A stretch of 64,000 nucleotides of DNA, taken from NCBI RefSeq assembly GCF_006345805.1, contig NC_043007.1, positions 51,212,001 to 51,276,000 on the forward strand. The letters run 5' to 3'. The stretch comes from Octopus sinensis (lineage: Eukaryota). Under the pieces are notes generated by a model. The model saw only the letters and a list, made by a program, of their open reading frames with translations. It ran no database searches and was not told the DNA's origin. The translations under genes were made by a program, and so were the position numbers. The first letter of the stretch is position 1. Every line of letters begins with the position of its first letter. Shown in pieces: positions 13,147-25,185 of this stretch.

Positions 13147-13965
13147 TGAATGGCCATAATAGGACATTCGACTCACTAGAAAGAGCAGCCAAACTCAAAC
13201 CGCTAATAGTTGTAGTTCTGAAATTGAAAGAGAAATAAGAACGTTTACCCTTTCATCTCTGGACTATGCATAGTTTCGGCAAACTTTAGTAAACAAATTA
13301 ATTAAATTAAATTAAATTTATTTACAACTGGCGTGCCTCGTCAGCAGAGAAGCCAAGGACGAACATATATCCACGAGGCGATGGTAAGGAAGCCTCAAGT
13401 CTATATGCTATAAATTTTCAAAATCTACCGCAATCGCGCGGTCTTCTCAGCAGCAAATATAAACTGCTGAATTAATTTCAAAATTAGCCAAGAAATCATT
13501 AATTAATAAATATAAGAATTTTTTGCTACCCTTATATTTATCAATTAATGATTTTTTGGCTAATTTTGAAATTAATTCAGCAGTTTATATTTGCTACTGA
13601 GAAGACCGCGCGATTGCGGTAGATTTTGAAAATTTATAGCATATAGACTTGAGGCTTCCTTACCATCGCCTCGTGGATATATGTTCGTCCTTGGCTTCTC
13701 TGCTGACGAGGCACGCCAGTTGTAAACTATGCATAGTCCAGAGATGAAAGGGTAAACGTTTTTATTTCTCTTTCAATTTCAGAATTACAACTATTAGCGG
13801 TTTGAGTTTGGTTGCTCTTTCTAGTGAGTCGAATGTCCTATTATGTCCATTCCTTATATTTTTGAATGTATATTATATAGTCTTTGACTATCTTTTCTTT
13901 CTCACTGGACCGCTGGTAGTGGAGAATTTTTTCTAGAATTTTTTGCTACCCTTATATTTATTAAT
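13147..13965. mobile_element. Retrozyme-like foldback element, family R1
   Basis: 13147-13510 is inverted relative to 13541-13850; the plus arm starts and ends with AGAATTTTTTGCTACCCTTATATTTA (period 420, about 467 with the deletion restored); flanked by (TA)n; contains an HHR. Confidence 0.75.
13256..13350 (-). ncRNA. Canonical type I hammerhead with extended stem II
   Basis: UCUCUG-CUGACGA-GGCA(long AT-rich hairpin)UGCC-GAAA-CUAUGCAUAG-UC-CAGAGA; GUC site; 12-nt palindrome ACUAUGCAUAGU. Confidence 0.9.
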
Positions 13966-14826
13966 TATTATATATATATATAAATTTATTTATATCTATA
14001 TTTGTATGTGTACCTATATGGATATTGTATATATGTCTGAAAATGAATATATCCGGGTATATATGTACAAATATATCAGTAAGTATGTGTATATTAACAA
14101 ATATCTATCCCTATGCATTTGTCTATATCCGTGTATTTCAATACATTATCATGTTTGTTTCTTTGTGCTTGTAACTGTGTATATATATAGGTTTCTTTTA
14201 TAGTACCTGCATCTGTGTGTATCTATGTATATATTTATATATATGGATATATACGTGAATGTATATCAGTATACTAGCGTGTGTATATCCCTGCTTATGT
14301 GTAAGTTTGTAAACCTGCGTATCTGCCTTTTCTGTGTGTATATATATTTACGTGTGTGTATATACATATATGTATGTGTATGTGTGTGCGTGTGCGCGCG
14401 TGTTCGTCTGCATGTATCTATATGTATGTAAATATATATCTGCCAACAAAATATATATCTATCAACACACACAGTCACAGACACACGGCGCTATTATATG
14501 CAGTACGTCTCCTCAGACTATCTCTCCGCCTCCCCCATCCGTCCTTTTTAAGCCTGATAATTGTAAATGGTCAATCTGGCTAAGATCCTCAAGTAGAAAA
14601 ATTTTTGAGCCTCATAAACGCTTTTCTGTTTCTCTTTTTCTCCCATTGTCTTAGATCTTGTCACTTTCGATCTATCTTTATTCCCAGGACATTTTCACTT
14701 GTCTTTTTTACTTCTTTTCATAGGAGTACCTATTCATTATACATATATGCATAACATTTTATTCCACTTCTTCTGGGAGGGACTTCTTCCCCTCAATCTC
14801 CTGAATTCATTGCCTACATACGTATA

Positions 14827-14865
<39 letters not shown>

Positions 14866-14869
14866 TATA

Positions 14870-15070
14870 ACGGGAAGCTTTATGAAAATAGACAAAAGAT
14901 GAAGGCAGGTGGAAAACAAACAAACAATTGTATTAGTATGGCGCTCAGGAAATATAAATAAAACAAGTCTTTAACGTTTCGAGCCTACGCTCTTCAACAG
15001 AAAGATACACAGAGAAAAAAACACAGAAAGAAGGAGGAAAAAAAAAATGCGTGCAGTAACTAACGAATCA
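14870..15070 (-). mobile_element. Solo PLE terminal repeat with HHR motif at 14968-15005 (CUGUUGA core)
   Basis: Homologous to the 3' end of the PLE at 42710-44060 and to 63640-63830; UCUUU-CUGUUGA-A-GAGC(GUAG)GCUC-GAAA-CGU-U-AAAGA. Confidence 0.75.
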
Positions 15071-15093
15071 ACATTATTATATGTATATATATA

Positions 15094-15139
<46 letters not shown>

Positions 15140-15166
15140 ATATATATATATATATATATAAATATA

Positions 15167-16692
15167 TCAACAATCAAGGAACGGCCATAATAGGCCATTC
15201 ACCCACTAGAAATAACAGCCAAAGCTTCAACCGCAAGTAAAGATTAATTCCGTAACAGGAGAAAATTTAAAAAAACATTAACCTGTAATTTCTTGTACGA
15301 TGCACCGTTTCATCTGCTGTTTAATGGTAAACTAACCTGATTAAATTAAATCAAGCCAATCTTCCATAGGCCCTCAGATACTTCAGCAAGAAATAGCCAA
15401 GTCGGAACAGATATTTTCACGAGGCATTTCCGACCCTGCCAGGTAATATCTGACCTAAAATTTACAAATCGTCGCACTCACGCCAAATTTATCGGCAGCA
15501 ATAAATATAAGCCGTCGATTCCATTACGGAATTAACCAGAAAATTCATAATTAATCAATATAGGGTGGCAAAAAAAATTTTGTAGAATTCTTTTTGCCAC
15601 CAGCGGCCTAGTGGGAAAAAATTAAATAGTCATAGACCATTTTTAAGTTCAACATCAACAATCAAGGAACGGCCATAATAGGCCATTCACCCACTAGAAA
15701 TAACAGCCAAAGCTTCAACCGCAAGTAAAGATTAATTCCGTAAACAGGAGAAAAATTAAAAAACATTTCCCTGTAATTTCTGTACGATGCACCCTTCATC
15801 TGCTGTTTAATGGTAAAATAACCTGATTAAATTAAATCAAGCCAATCTTCCATAGGCCCTCAGATTCTTCAGCAAGAAATAGCCAAGTCGGAACAGATAT
15901 TTTCACGAGGCATTTCCGACCCTGCCAAGGTATATCTGACCTAAAATTTCAAATCGTCGCACTCGCGCCAATTTATCGGCAGCAAAAAATATAAAGCCTC
16001 GATTCCATTACGGAATTAACCAGAAAATTCATAATTAATCAATATAGGGTGGCCAAAAAAAATTTTGTAGAATTTTGCCACCAGCGGCCTAGTGGGAAAA
16101 AATTAAATAGTCATAGACCATTTTTAAGTTCAACATCAACAATCAAGGAACGGCCATAATAGGCCATTCACCCACTAGAAATAACAGCCAAAGCTTCAAC
16201 CGCAAGTAAAGATTAATTCCGTAAACAGGAGAAAATTTAAAAAACATTTACCCTGTAATTTCTTGTACGATGCACCGTTTCATCTGCTGTTTAATGGTAA
16301 AACTAAACCTGATTAAATTAAATCAAGCCAATCTTCCATAGGCCCTCAGATTCTTCAGCAAGAAATAGCCAAGTCGGAACAGATATTTTCACGAGGCATT
16401 TCCGACCCTGCCAAGGTAATATCTGGTTAGTTACATTAAACAGCAGATGAAACGGTGCATCGTACAAGAAATTACAGGTAAATGTTTTTTAAATTTTCTC
16501 CTGTTTACGGAATTATCTTTACTTGCGGTTGAAGCTTTGGCTGTTATTTCTAGTGGGTGAATGGCCTATTATGGCCGTTCCTTGATTGTTGATGTGGAAC
16601 TAAAAATGGTCTATGACTATTTAATTTTTTCCCACTAGGCCGCTGGTGGCAAAAAGAATTCTACAAAATGTTTTTTGCCACCCTATATTGAT

Positions 16693-16695
<3 letters not shown>
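15167..16695. mobile_element. Retrozyme-like tandem array, family R2 (about 485-nt monomer x2.6 plus an inverted segment)
   Basis: Monomers start at 15167, 15655 and 16136; 16426-16695 is inverted; one HHR per monomer on the minus strand; (TA)n at both flanks. Confidence 0.8.
16258..16366 (-). ncRNA. Canonical type I hammerhead (intact copy; variant copies near 15288-15394 and 15776-15885)
   Basis: AUUUCUUG-CUGAAGA-AUCUG(long loop)CAGAU-GAAA-CGGUGCAUCG-UA-CAAGAAAU; 8-bp helix I; GUA site. Confidence 0.9.
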
Positions 16696-16756
<61 letters not shown>

Positions 16757-16889
16757 ATATATAAAAATATATATAATATATAATATAATATATATATATA
16801 TATATAATCAATATATATAGATATATATATATATATATTATTATATATATTATATATATATATATATATAATATATATATATATATTAT

Positions 16890-16982
<93 letters not shown>

Positions 16983-17463
16983 GTTTTCTCAAATTAAAAA
17001 CGCAGTCCCAATTCAACCGCCGAAAAGCCCCAAAATAACAGAAAAAAACAGTAAGCGAGGAAAAGGATACCGAATCAAGCATACCATTGAAGATTTTGCC
17101 GTTCAGATGCTCATATACCCTGGTTTTCGGTGCTAACCCAATGGGCCTCAACCTACTTCAGTATGAGTTACTGAAGAAAACATTCTAAATTCGTCACGTT
17201 ATTAGTCCATTAGCCTCTGGGGTCTTTTATTGCGCCAAAACCAGTTTACTAGGTGCAAATATATTTAGGAGCAGATATTCGAATGCTAACATTCGAAATA
17301 AAATATTACTATTATTAATATTATTTGTGGCGAATATCTTTAATAGTTCATATTAGCAATGTGAGTGCAACCTATGTTGCTGTTGTTACTATTATCATTT
17401 AAAAATATTTACCAGAGATATTAACAATGGTAATATCTTATTTCGAATATTTGCTCATATATA

Positions 17464-18723
17464 CGAGGGGCGTTCAATAAGTAATGCCCCTGACCCATCT
17501 CCCATAGCAGTAGAGCAACGAAACTTGGCACAGTTATTAGTCTTTTTCTATATAGGAACCACCCAGAGTTACGCATTTCTCCCATCGTTTGATGCAGCTC
17601 TGGAGACCGTTTGTGTAGAAGACCCCAGTTTGGACCTCCAACCACGACGTGACTTCAGAAATCAAGGCTGCATCATCTGGGAAACGCTTTCCTTTCAAAA
17701 ACAAATTCATGGCTGGGAAGAGGTGAAAATCAGAGGGTGCAAGGTCAGGAGAGTAGGGGGAATGAGGGAGGAGTTCATAGCCGCACGCCTGTGCTTCTGA
17801 TCTGGCGACACGCGAGTTGTGGACCGGAGCGTTGTCCTGCAAGAGGGGGATGCCTTTGCTGATCTTGCCCCGTCTCTTGATTTTGATAGCTTCTCTTAAT
17901 TTCCTCAAAAGTGAAGCATAATAGGCTCCTGTAATTGTGGTACCCTTTGCCAGGAAATCTGTCATCACTACTCCGTCCTGGTCCCAGAAGACTGTGAGCA
18001 TGACCTTGCCAGCGGAGGGCTGCACCCTTGCCTTCTTTGGAGGAGGTGAGTCACGGTACTTCCACTGCATTGACTGGGCTTTGGTCTCTGGATCATAGTG
18101 ATGGACCCAGGTTTCATCCTGTCTAATCATCTTTCGAAAAATTTTGACTCATCTTGGCACATCTCCAAATTCATCCTCGAGCACTCGACGCGTTCTTGCT
18201 TCTGGAAAGGTGTGAGCAACCTGGGAATCCATCTGGCAGACACCTTTTGCATATGCAAATGGTCATGAATGATAGTTTCCACTGACCTTATGGGCTATTT
18301 GGCGAATAGTTATGCGTCGATCTTCCAAAATGGCAGCCTCAACTTGACGGACAGATGCCTCATCAATGGTAGAAGGAGGGCGATCAGATCTGGGAGCTGT
18401 TTCCACAGAGTTCCGACCATGTTTGAATTCACGATGCCAGCGTTTTACAAGGTCATATGATGGGGTATCATCACCATAAGTTACTTTCATTTCATCAAAA
18501 GTCTTCCGTGGTGTGCGTCCTTTCAAATACAAAAACCGGATCACTACTCGACACTCAACAGGCTCCATTTCACACCTGACTCAGTTCAAACACCTGTAAA
18601 TCAGAAACCACAATTAGTTCAGATCTGTAATTTGCTACTTAATCTATAAAGATATAAATAATTGCACATGCAGGTCAAACAAATGCAAGTGGGTCAGGGG
18701 CATTACTTATTGAACGTCCCTCG
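17464..18723 (-). mobile_element. Full-length mariner transposon
   Basis: 34-bp TIRs CGAGGG(G/A)CGTTCAATAAGTAATGCCCCTGACCCA with one mismatch; TA flanks; 1260 bp. Confidence 0.95.
17537..18568 (-). pseudogene. Frameshifted mariner transposase, DD34D
   Basis: WIPRLLT, DETWVHHYDPETK, QDNAPVH...YSPDLAPSDFHLF with 34-residue D-D spacing. Confidence 0.95.
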
Positions 18724-18759
18724 TATATATATATATATTATATATATATATGTGTGTGT

Positions 18760-18798
<39 letters not shown>

Positions 18799-18881
18799 TG
18801 TGTATGTATGTGTGCGTGTATGTGTATACACACACATACACACATATATATTTATATATACACACATATACATATATATAT

Positions 18882-18920
<39 letters not shown>

Positions 18921-19405
18921 GCTATTGCTACGTGCATTAGAGAGTGTCGCTATCAGTGTATATGTATATATATTATATGTCTCAGTTGTGTGTGTATATG
19001 TGTGTAACTCAGTATGTGTGTATGTAGTCATGAATCTATATTTCTGCTAATACGGTAATGGTTAATGCAATTATATTCACAAGAATTTTATGATTTTAAG
19101 AACACACAAACATACATACACACACATATACTAAAGTGCTTCCATGCTTTCATATATGTATGTGTATGTATCTGTTTACATACATTAACTAATACACATA
19201 TACGTACACTAATACACAAAGAGATACAAACATATATATGAGAGGTTGTATTTTTGTGTACAAAGAGAGGGTAAGCGAAACTGTAATATAGCCCCACATC
19301 TTATTATAGGATTCTCTCCCTAGAAGACCGGAAATTTGCAATGTGACGCAGGAGAATATCGAAGTGTCAGTGAATACGCTATTAGAATAGGAATGATACT
19401 AATTA

Positions 19406-19555
19406 AAGAAGAAGAAGAAGAAGAAGAAGAAGAAGAAGAAGAAGAAGAAGAAGAAGAAGAAGAAGAAGAAGAAGAAGAAGAAGAAGAAGAAGAAGAAGAA
19501 GAAGAAGAAGAAGAAGAAGAAGAAGAAGAAGAAGAAGAAGAAGAAGAAGAAGAAG
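19406..19555 (+). repeat. (GAA)n microsatellite
   Basis: Pure trinucleotide tract of about 50 units. Confidence 0.95.
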
Positions 19556-20199
19556 GTTCTTAACATATAACCGAGACAGGAGCTTTAAATAAATCAACCA
19601 AGAAGAACTCTTTATATTTTATCAGGATTTCTTCATTCCATTGAAGGAAAAGTCAGTTACAATGCAAAATGAAAGTATTAATTAAGAAAGGGTTAAACTT
19701 CCTTTTATTTTTTGCTGGATTTTAGATATACTTGCTGCATCCTTATGTAAGTTTTGCCTCTCGTTTGAAACTGAATCTTAAAAATTGTAAATGATTCAAA
19801 AAATATTAAACACGGTGATGCTATTTGGTTCTATTTTTTGTAGGGTGAAGGCAATTAAGTGATAAATGGCTAAATCACTATCTCCAGGATAAGACACCTC
19901 AGGTCTCTTAGATTTTTACCCCCACAGAATACAGTGAACATTGACAAATATACACCATAATTACAGTGATTACACTCGCACCACTACTAGTAACGGTGAC
20001 GCACTTGTTACCCGGTGGTACCTATCTACAGCGACATGAACGGAACCTCATTTTCAATGCATTCCTCTCGGCCTTTGAATTGAGTCGGAAGTATTTTTAG
20101 ATTCTTAGTAATATCATTAACTCTCTTGTTCAAAGACTCAATAAAATAAAATTCTTGACATCAATAATAATAATAATGAAAATAATAATGATGGCCCCT

Positions 20200-20485
20200 C
20201 CCGTCAAAGACGACTTATGAGCGTTCAGCATTTGCTGAACGACCTGCACAAATGAATTGTTTATAGAGATCAAATCTTCGTTACGCACATTACCGCACTC
20301 TGTCCATCAAAACGACGTTGTCTGAATGGGTGCACTGAGTACCACGCGTCAGGTGTCGAAGATTTCGCAGAGCAAACAAGAGATGAAGTTTTTCACTCGA
20401 GAATATAACGCACCACCCAGTCCAGGAATTGAGATCGCTACAATGTGAGTGCATCATCCTAAACAACTAAGCCATGCACCCTCAC
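20200..20485 (-). mobile_element. Degraded tRNA-derived SINE family C (CORE-like); another head at about 60555-60660 (+)
   Basis: Reverse complement has a tRNA-like head then GCGTT(A/G)T(A/G)TTCT(C/T)GAG..AAA(A/C)ACTTCATCTC. Confidence 0.55.
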
Positions 20486-20531
20486 AACAACAACAACAAT
20501 AACAACAACAACAACAACAATAATAATAATA

Positions 20532-20590
<59 letters not shown>

Positions 20591-20604
20591 TAATAATAAT
20601 AATA

Positions 20605-22617
20605 TTTTGATAGCCTACCACATAGCTGGATTAAGAAATGCCTGGAAATGTATAAAATAGCACCTACTCTGCGAAACTTTTTGTCTGTAAGTATGAGACC
20701 ATGGAGAACCACACTAACTTTGAACAGTGATAATGAATCTCTAAATGCTGGTGATGTAAAAATTTCATGTGGCATTTTCCAGGGTGACTCACTATCACCA
20801 CTTCTCCTTTGTTTAGCCTTAATACCTCTCTCAAAATTGCTCAATAACGCGCAGTACGGATATAAAATGTTTGATAAAAATATAAATCATCTCATTTACA
20901 TGGATTATTTAAAGCTCTTTGCAAAAATTGACCAACAACTCAAGGGCTTACTAGCGATTGTTAAACAATTCAGTGATGACATCAGAAAGCAATTTGGCCT
21001 CGATAAATGTGCAAAAGCTACCTTTATCAAAGGAAAAATGACAGAAACATCTAACGTTAACCTTGATCAGCAGAATGTCATAAAATAATTAGACCAAGCG
21101 GAGAGCTACAAGTACCTAGGGGTAATTGAAGGGGACGGAATAAGGCATTCAGTGATGAAGGAAAGGATCAGGAGAGAATGTTATCGCAGAGTAAGAGCAA
21201 TACTCAAGACAGAACTGAATGCGAGAAACAGGATCGAAGTGATCAATGCTTTAGCCACACCAGTCGTAAATTACAGTTTCAATATCGTTAACTGGTCAAT
21301 TACTGAAATATGTAATCTTGACAGAAAAATAAGAAAACTGTTGACAATGCATACAATGCACCACCCTAAGGCAGATATAGAACGACTTTATCTGACAAGA
21401 AAAGAGGGAGCTCGTGGACTTTTACAACTGGCAATAACAATAAAGATTGCTACAATTGGCCTAGACACCTACCTGAAAAACTCTGAGGACTGGATGTTAA
21501 AACTTGTCTCAAAACATGAAGACAAGAAAGCATCATACTCAGTAACAAAACAGGCAAAGGAATATCTAAGTAAATTCCGAATACAATAAATTTCGGAATT
21601 AGACATACAAGAAACAAGCACAGAAAAAGCTAAACGCATGAAAACCCATGCTAAAACTGCTGCCTTAGATATTCTGAATGATAAATGGCAAGAAAAACCT
21701 CTCTAATGCAGATGTTGACAAAGCCCTGACCCATCAATGGCTAATGGCCTCTGGCTTAAAATCTGAAACAGAAGGGTTTATCATAGCAGCTCAAGATCAA
21801 TGCCTACCAACAAGGAATTACCAGGCCAACATACTAAAGAACGTCAGTAGCCCAATATGTCGTGTATGTCAACAACAAAATGAAACCATTGATCATGTTG
21901 TCTCCAAGTGCAGTCTTCTAGCGCCTTCAGAGTATCTCAACAGGCATGATAGAGCTGCAAAATATATTCACTGGGTAATCTGCAAAAACCTGGATTTGTC
22001 CCATGAAAAAACTGGTGGGAACACAAACCACCTCCAGTGCTTGAAAATGACCACATCTCACTCCTCTGGAACTTCCCCATTCAAACTGACAGAAAGATAG
22101 ATGTAAATAGGCCAGACATCATATTGAAAGACTTCAAACAAAGAACATGCCTCCTCATTGATATGACTGTCCCAATCGATATAACCGTATCTGTCAAGAC
22201 CTACCAAAAACTGAGCAAATATAAAGATCTTGAAATAGAAATCAGCAAAATGTGGAACCTGAAGACTAAAACAATACCTGTTGTCATAAGGGCCCAGAGA
22301 ATGATAGCAAAAGGGGCTGTTTGCTACCTAACTCAGATACCAGGAAATCCCAAAATGGCAGAAATTCAAAAGATAGTGCTCATGGGAACAGCTCATATCC
22401 TACGCAAAATAATTTCTATGTAATCTCAAGTTTTAAAACAAACATAATTTTCGCATGGTTTTTTTAAAAGCATCCACTAGTACAACATTAAATCCAAATC
22501 CAAATATATGGCACACTAGGCATAACAACAACACGAACTTCCAACCTGTTGTCTCTTGAGTTCTCTGAGTGAGACTTGGAGCCAACTTGTACAAATATAA
22601 AGCAAAAGTCAAACATA

Positions 22618-22618
<1 letters not shown>
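20605..22618 (+). mobile_element. 5'-truncated R4/Dong-type non-LTR retrotransposon (RT + CCHC + RLE), degraded
   Basis: GIFQGDSLSPLL, YMDYLKLFAK, KSETEGFIIAAQDQ, CRVC...ETIDHVVSKC, RPDIILKD...LIDMTVP, KLSKYKDL; (TAA)n at both ends. Confidence 0.9.
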
Positions 22619-22696
<78 letters not shown>

Positions 22697-22724
22697 TATT
22701 ATTATTATTATTATAATAATAATA

Positions 22725-22940
22725 ATGGTTTCAAATTTTCCCACAAAGGCACGAATTCTGGGGGAGGGGAAGAGTCGATTAACTCGATCCCAGTGTTCAG
22801 CTGATAATTCTTTTATCGACCCCGAAACGATGGTAGGTAAGCTTAACCTCGGCGGAATTTGAATGCGGAACATTAAGACAGACGAAATACCGCTTAATAT
22901 TTTGCCCGATGTGCTAACGATTCGGCCAGCTTGCAGCCTT
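22725..22940 (-). mobile_element. SINE family A copy
   Basis: Homologous to 927-1140. Confidence 0.8.
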
Positions 22941-22942
22941 AG

Positions 22943-22993
<51 letters not shown>

Positions 22994-23018
22994 TAATAAT
23001 AATAATAATAATAATAAT

Positions 23019-23051
<33 letters not shown>

Positions 23052-23094
23052 AAGAAGAAGAAGAAGAAGAAGAAGAAGAAGAAGAGGAGGAGGG

Positions 23095-23460
23095 GCACCA
23101 GTTGAGCGTGTCCCTTAGTGGCTGATGATATGTGCATCTCTGATCACGAGCAGAAGTAGTGGGGGAGTATCATAGCCATGTGTTGAGAAGTATTCTTTGG
23201 AGTTTGGATAATTCACCTTTGGAAACATGGGTGTTTTGTTCAACATTTTTAAACAACCCTTATTCAGGGACCTTTTGAGCGGGATAGACTACTCGTCCTG
23301 AAGAAAATTCTAACTGCAAGGTCATGCGCTGTTTATGATGATATGAGATCACTATATTGCGCACATATGGTTGTGATGCATGTGCCTGGTGTAGTCTTAT
23401 TAGACGGCTTCGTATATTTAACCCCAGTTTCACTTTGATGGCATGTACTGCTTTCTCACT
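23095..23460 (-). repeat. Non-coding interspersed repeat (second copy 53866-54395, +) embedded in triplet microsatellites
   Basis: Reverse complement aligns with 53866-54240; small fragment also at about 28255-28310. Confidence 0.7.
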
Positions 23461-23468
23461 CAATAATA

Positions 23469-23506
<38 letters not shown>

Positions 23507-23519
23507 AATAATAATAATA

Positions 23520-23554
<35 letters not shown>

Positions 23555-23564
23555 AATAATAATA

Positions 23565-23610
<46 letters not shown>

Positions 23611-25154
23611 GATAAAAAAATAGCGGGACCTTTGAATAATTCACGGAATTAATGGTACACTTATTGGGTTATTTCTGAAAACTTTATAAAAAAAAACCCC
23701 TTAAAGCGTAGCTTGTATTGTCTTTGTATCAAAAGATGCTAATCATTAACAATTGAAGTAAATTGGAATATACACTTTATACGCTTTATGCACAACTTTA
23801 TAGATTTGATACGCACCACTCACCCTCGTTCGCTCTCTCTCTTTGCCTTATTCTCTTTTTTTCTCTTTTTTTCCTTCGGTCTTTGCTTTTCCCTTCAACA
23901 TGAAAGTGTTACAGAGGGGCTGAGTAACGGAGGGAAACTTAGTTTAATAAAAAAACAATTAGACATTTCACTCACCACTACGTTTCCCTCTCCCTCTCCG
24001 CCCCTTCCCTCGGCGCCTTAATCGGAAGAAATATTTGAGACAATAAGATAGTGACAAAGAGTATACAAAGTGTATACGATTGTATATTATATAATTCGGC
24101 AGGGAGTATCGTGTTATAGATTACCCGACATAAATACACAGATTATATAGCAGAAGGACAGTGAGTATGCACCAAGTATTACGTTATAGATTGTATAACA
24201 ATGACAGGAAATACAGTGCTATAAATGAGCTGTTCTCAACATGGCAATTAAGAATCACGTCCAAACATATATTCGCGAAAATTATCACCCCATCCCTCTC
24301 AATTTCATAAATGAGATGGCTAAATAAAGTTTACGTCCCTAGAATTCTTTTCATTTTTCTTTCGTAATGGTATTGGATATATTTTAAGTTTAAAACATTT
24401 TTTAAATTCTATTATTGTTCTTCCCTTTTTCAGTTCTCAAATGCACACATCCATCACTAAGGTAACAGTTCTGTCTCAGCATCGAAACGGTAACAGGCCT
24501 TAGCAACAAAGGTGATGAAGGTTAAACTTCCATTTGTTCTGTCTCTGATACATGTTCTTGTCATTTGTACCCCTTCCCAAATGTGTGTGCGTGTGTGTAT
24601 GCGCGTGTGTGTGTGTGTGTGTGTGTGTGAGTGACTACAACGCACATTGGTTGACTGTATTCATCGGTTGTAGTGTGGCCATGATGGGGCACACCCTACA
24701 ATAAAATAATAGATTGTAACAGGTCCCAATAATTGACTGGCATCTATTTTAGCGAACGTCAAAAGACAAAACGCAAATCGCCTTGGGTGCAGTTTGAAAT
24801 AAAAGCGTAATAGGACGTGAGAAAACATAAGGTATAATACGTTGCCTTTTGACATTTAAATATGAAATTTAGCGGAAGAGATAGTTCATATCTAAAGCGA
24901 ATATAAGAACCGAATTAAGATATTTGGGACACAAAGAGACTCGACTGTAACAGCCGCAGTATTTTACTGGTACTTATTTTTATCGACCATCGATGGATGA
25001 AAACAAATATTAGCCTGGAAGGGAAATAAACTCAAAATGTAATGACATGTAACCAAATACAAGACATACGTGTGTCTGTGTGCGTGTTTGTATGTATGTG
25101 TGTCTATACATACATACACAGACTCATATTTATATATATGTACATATATACATA

Positions 25155-25185
<31 letters not shown>

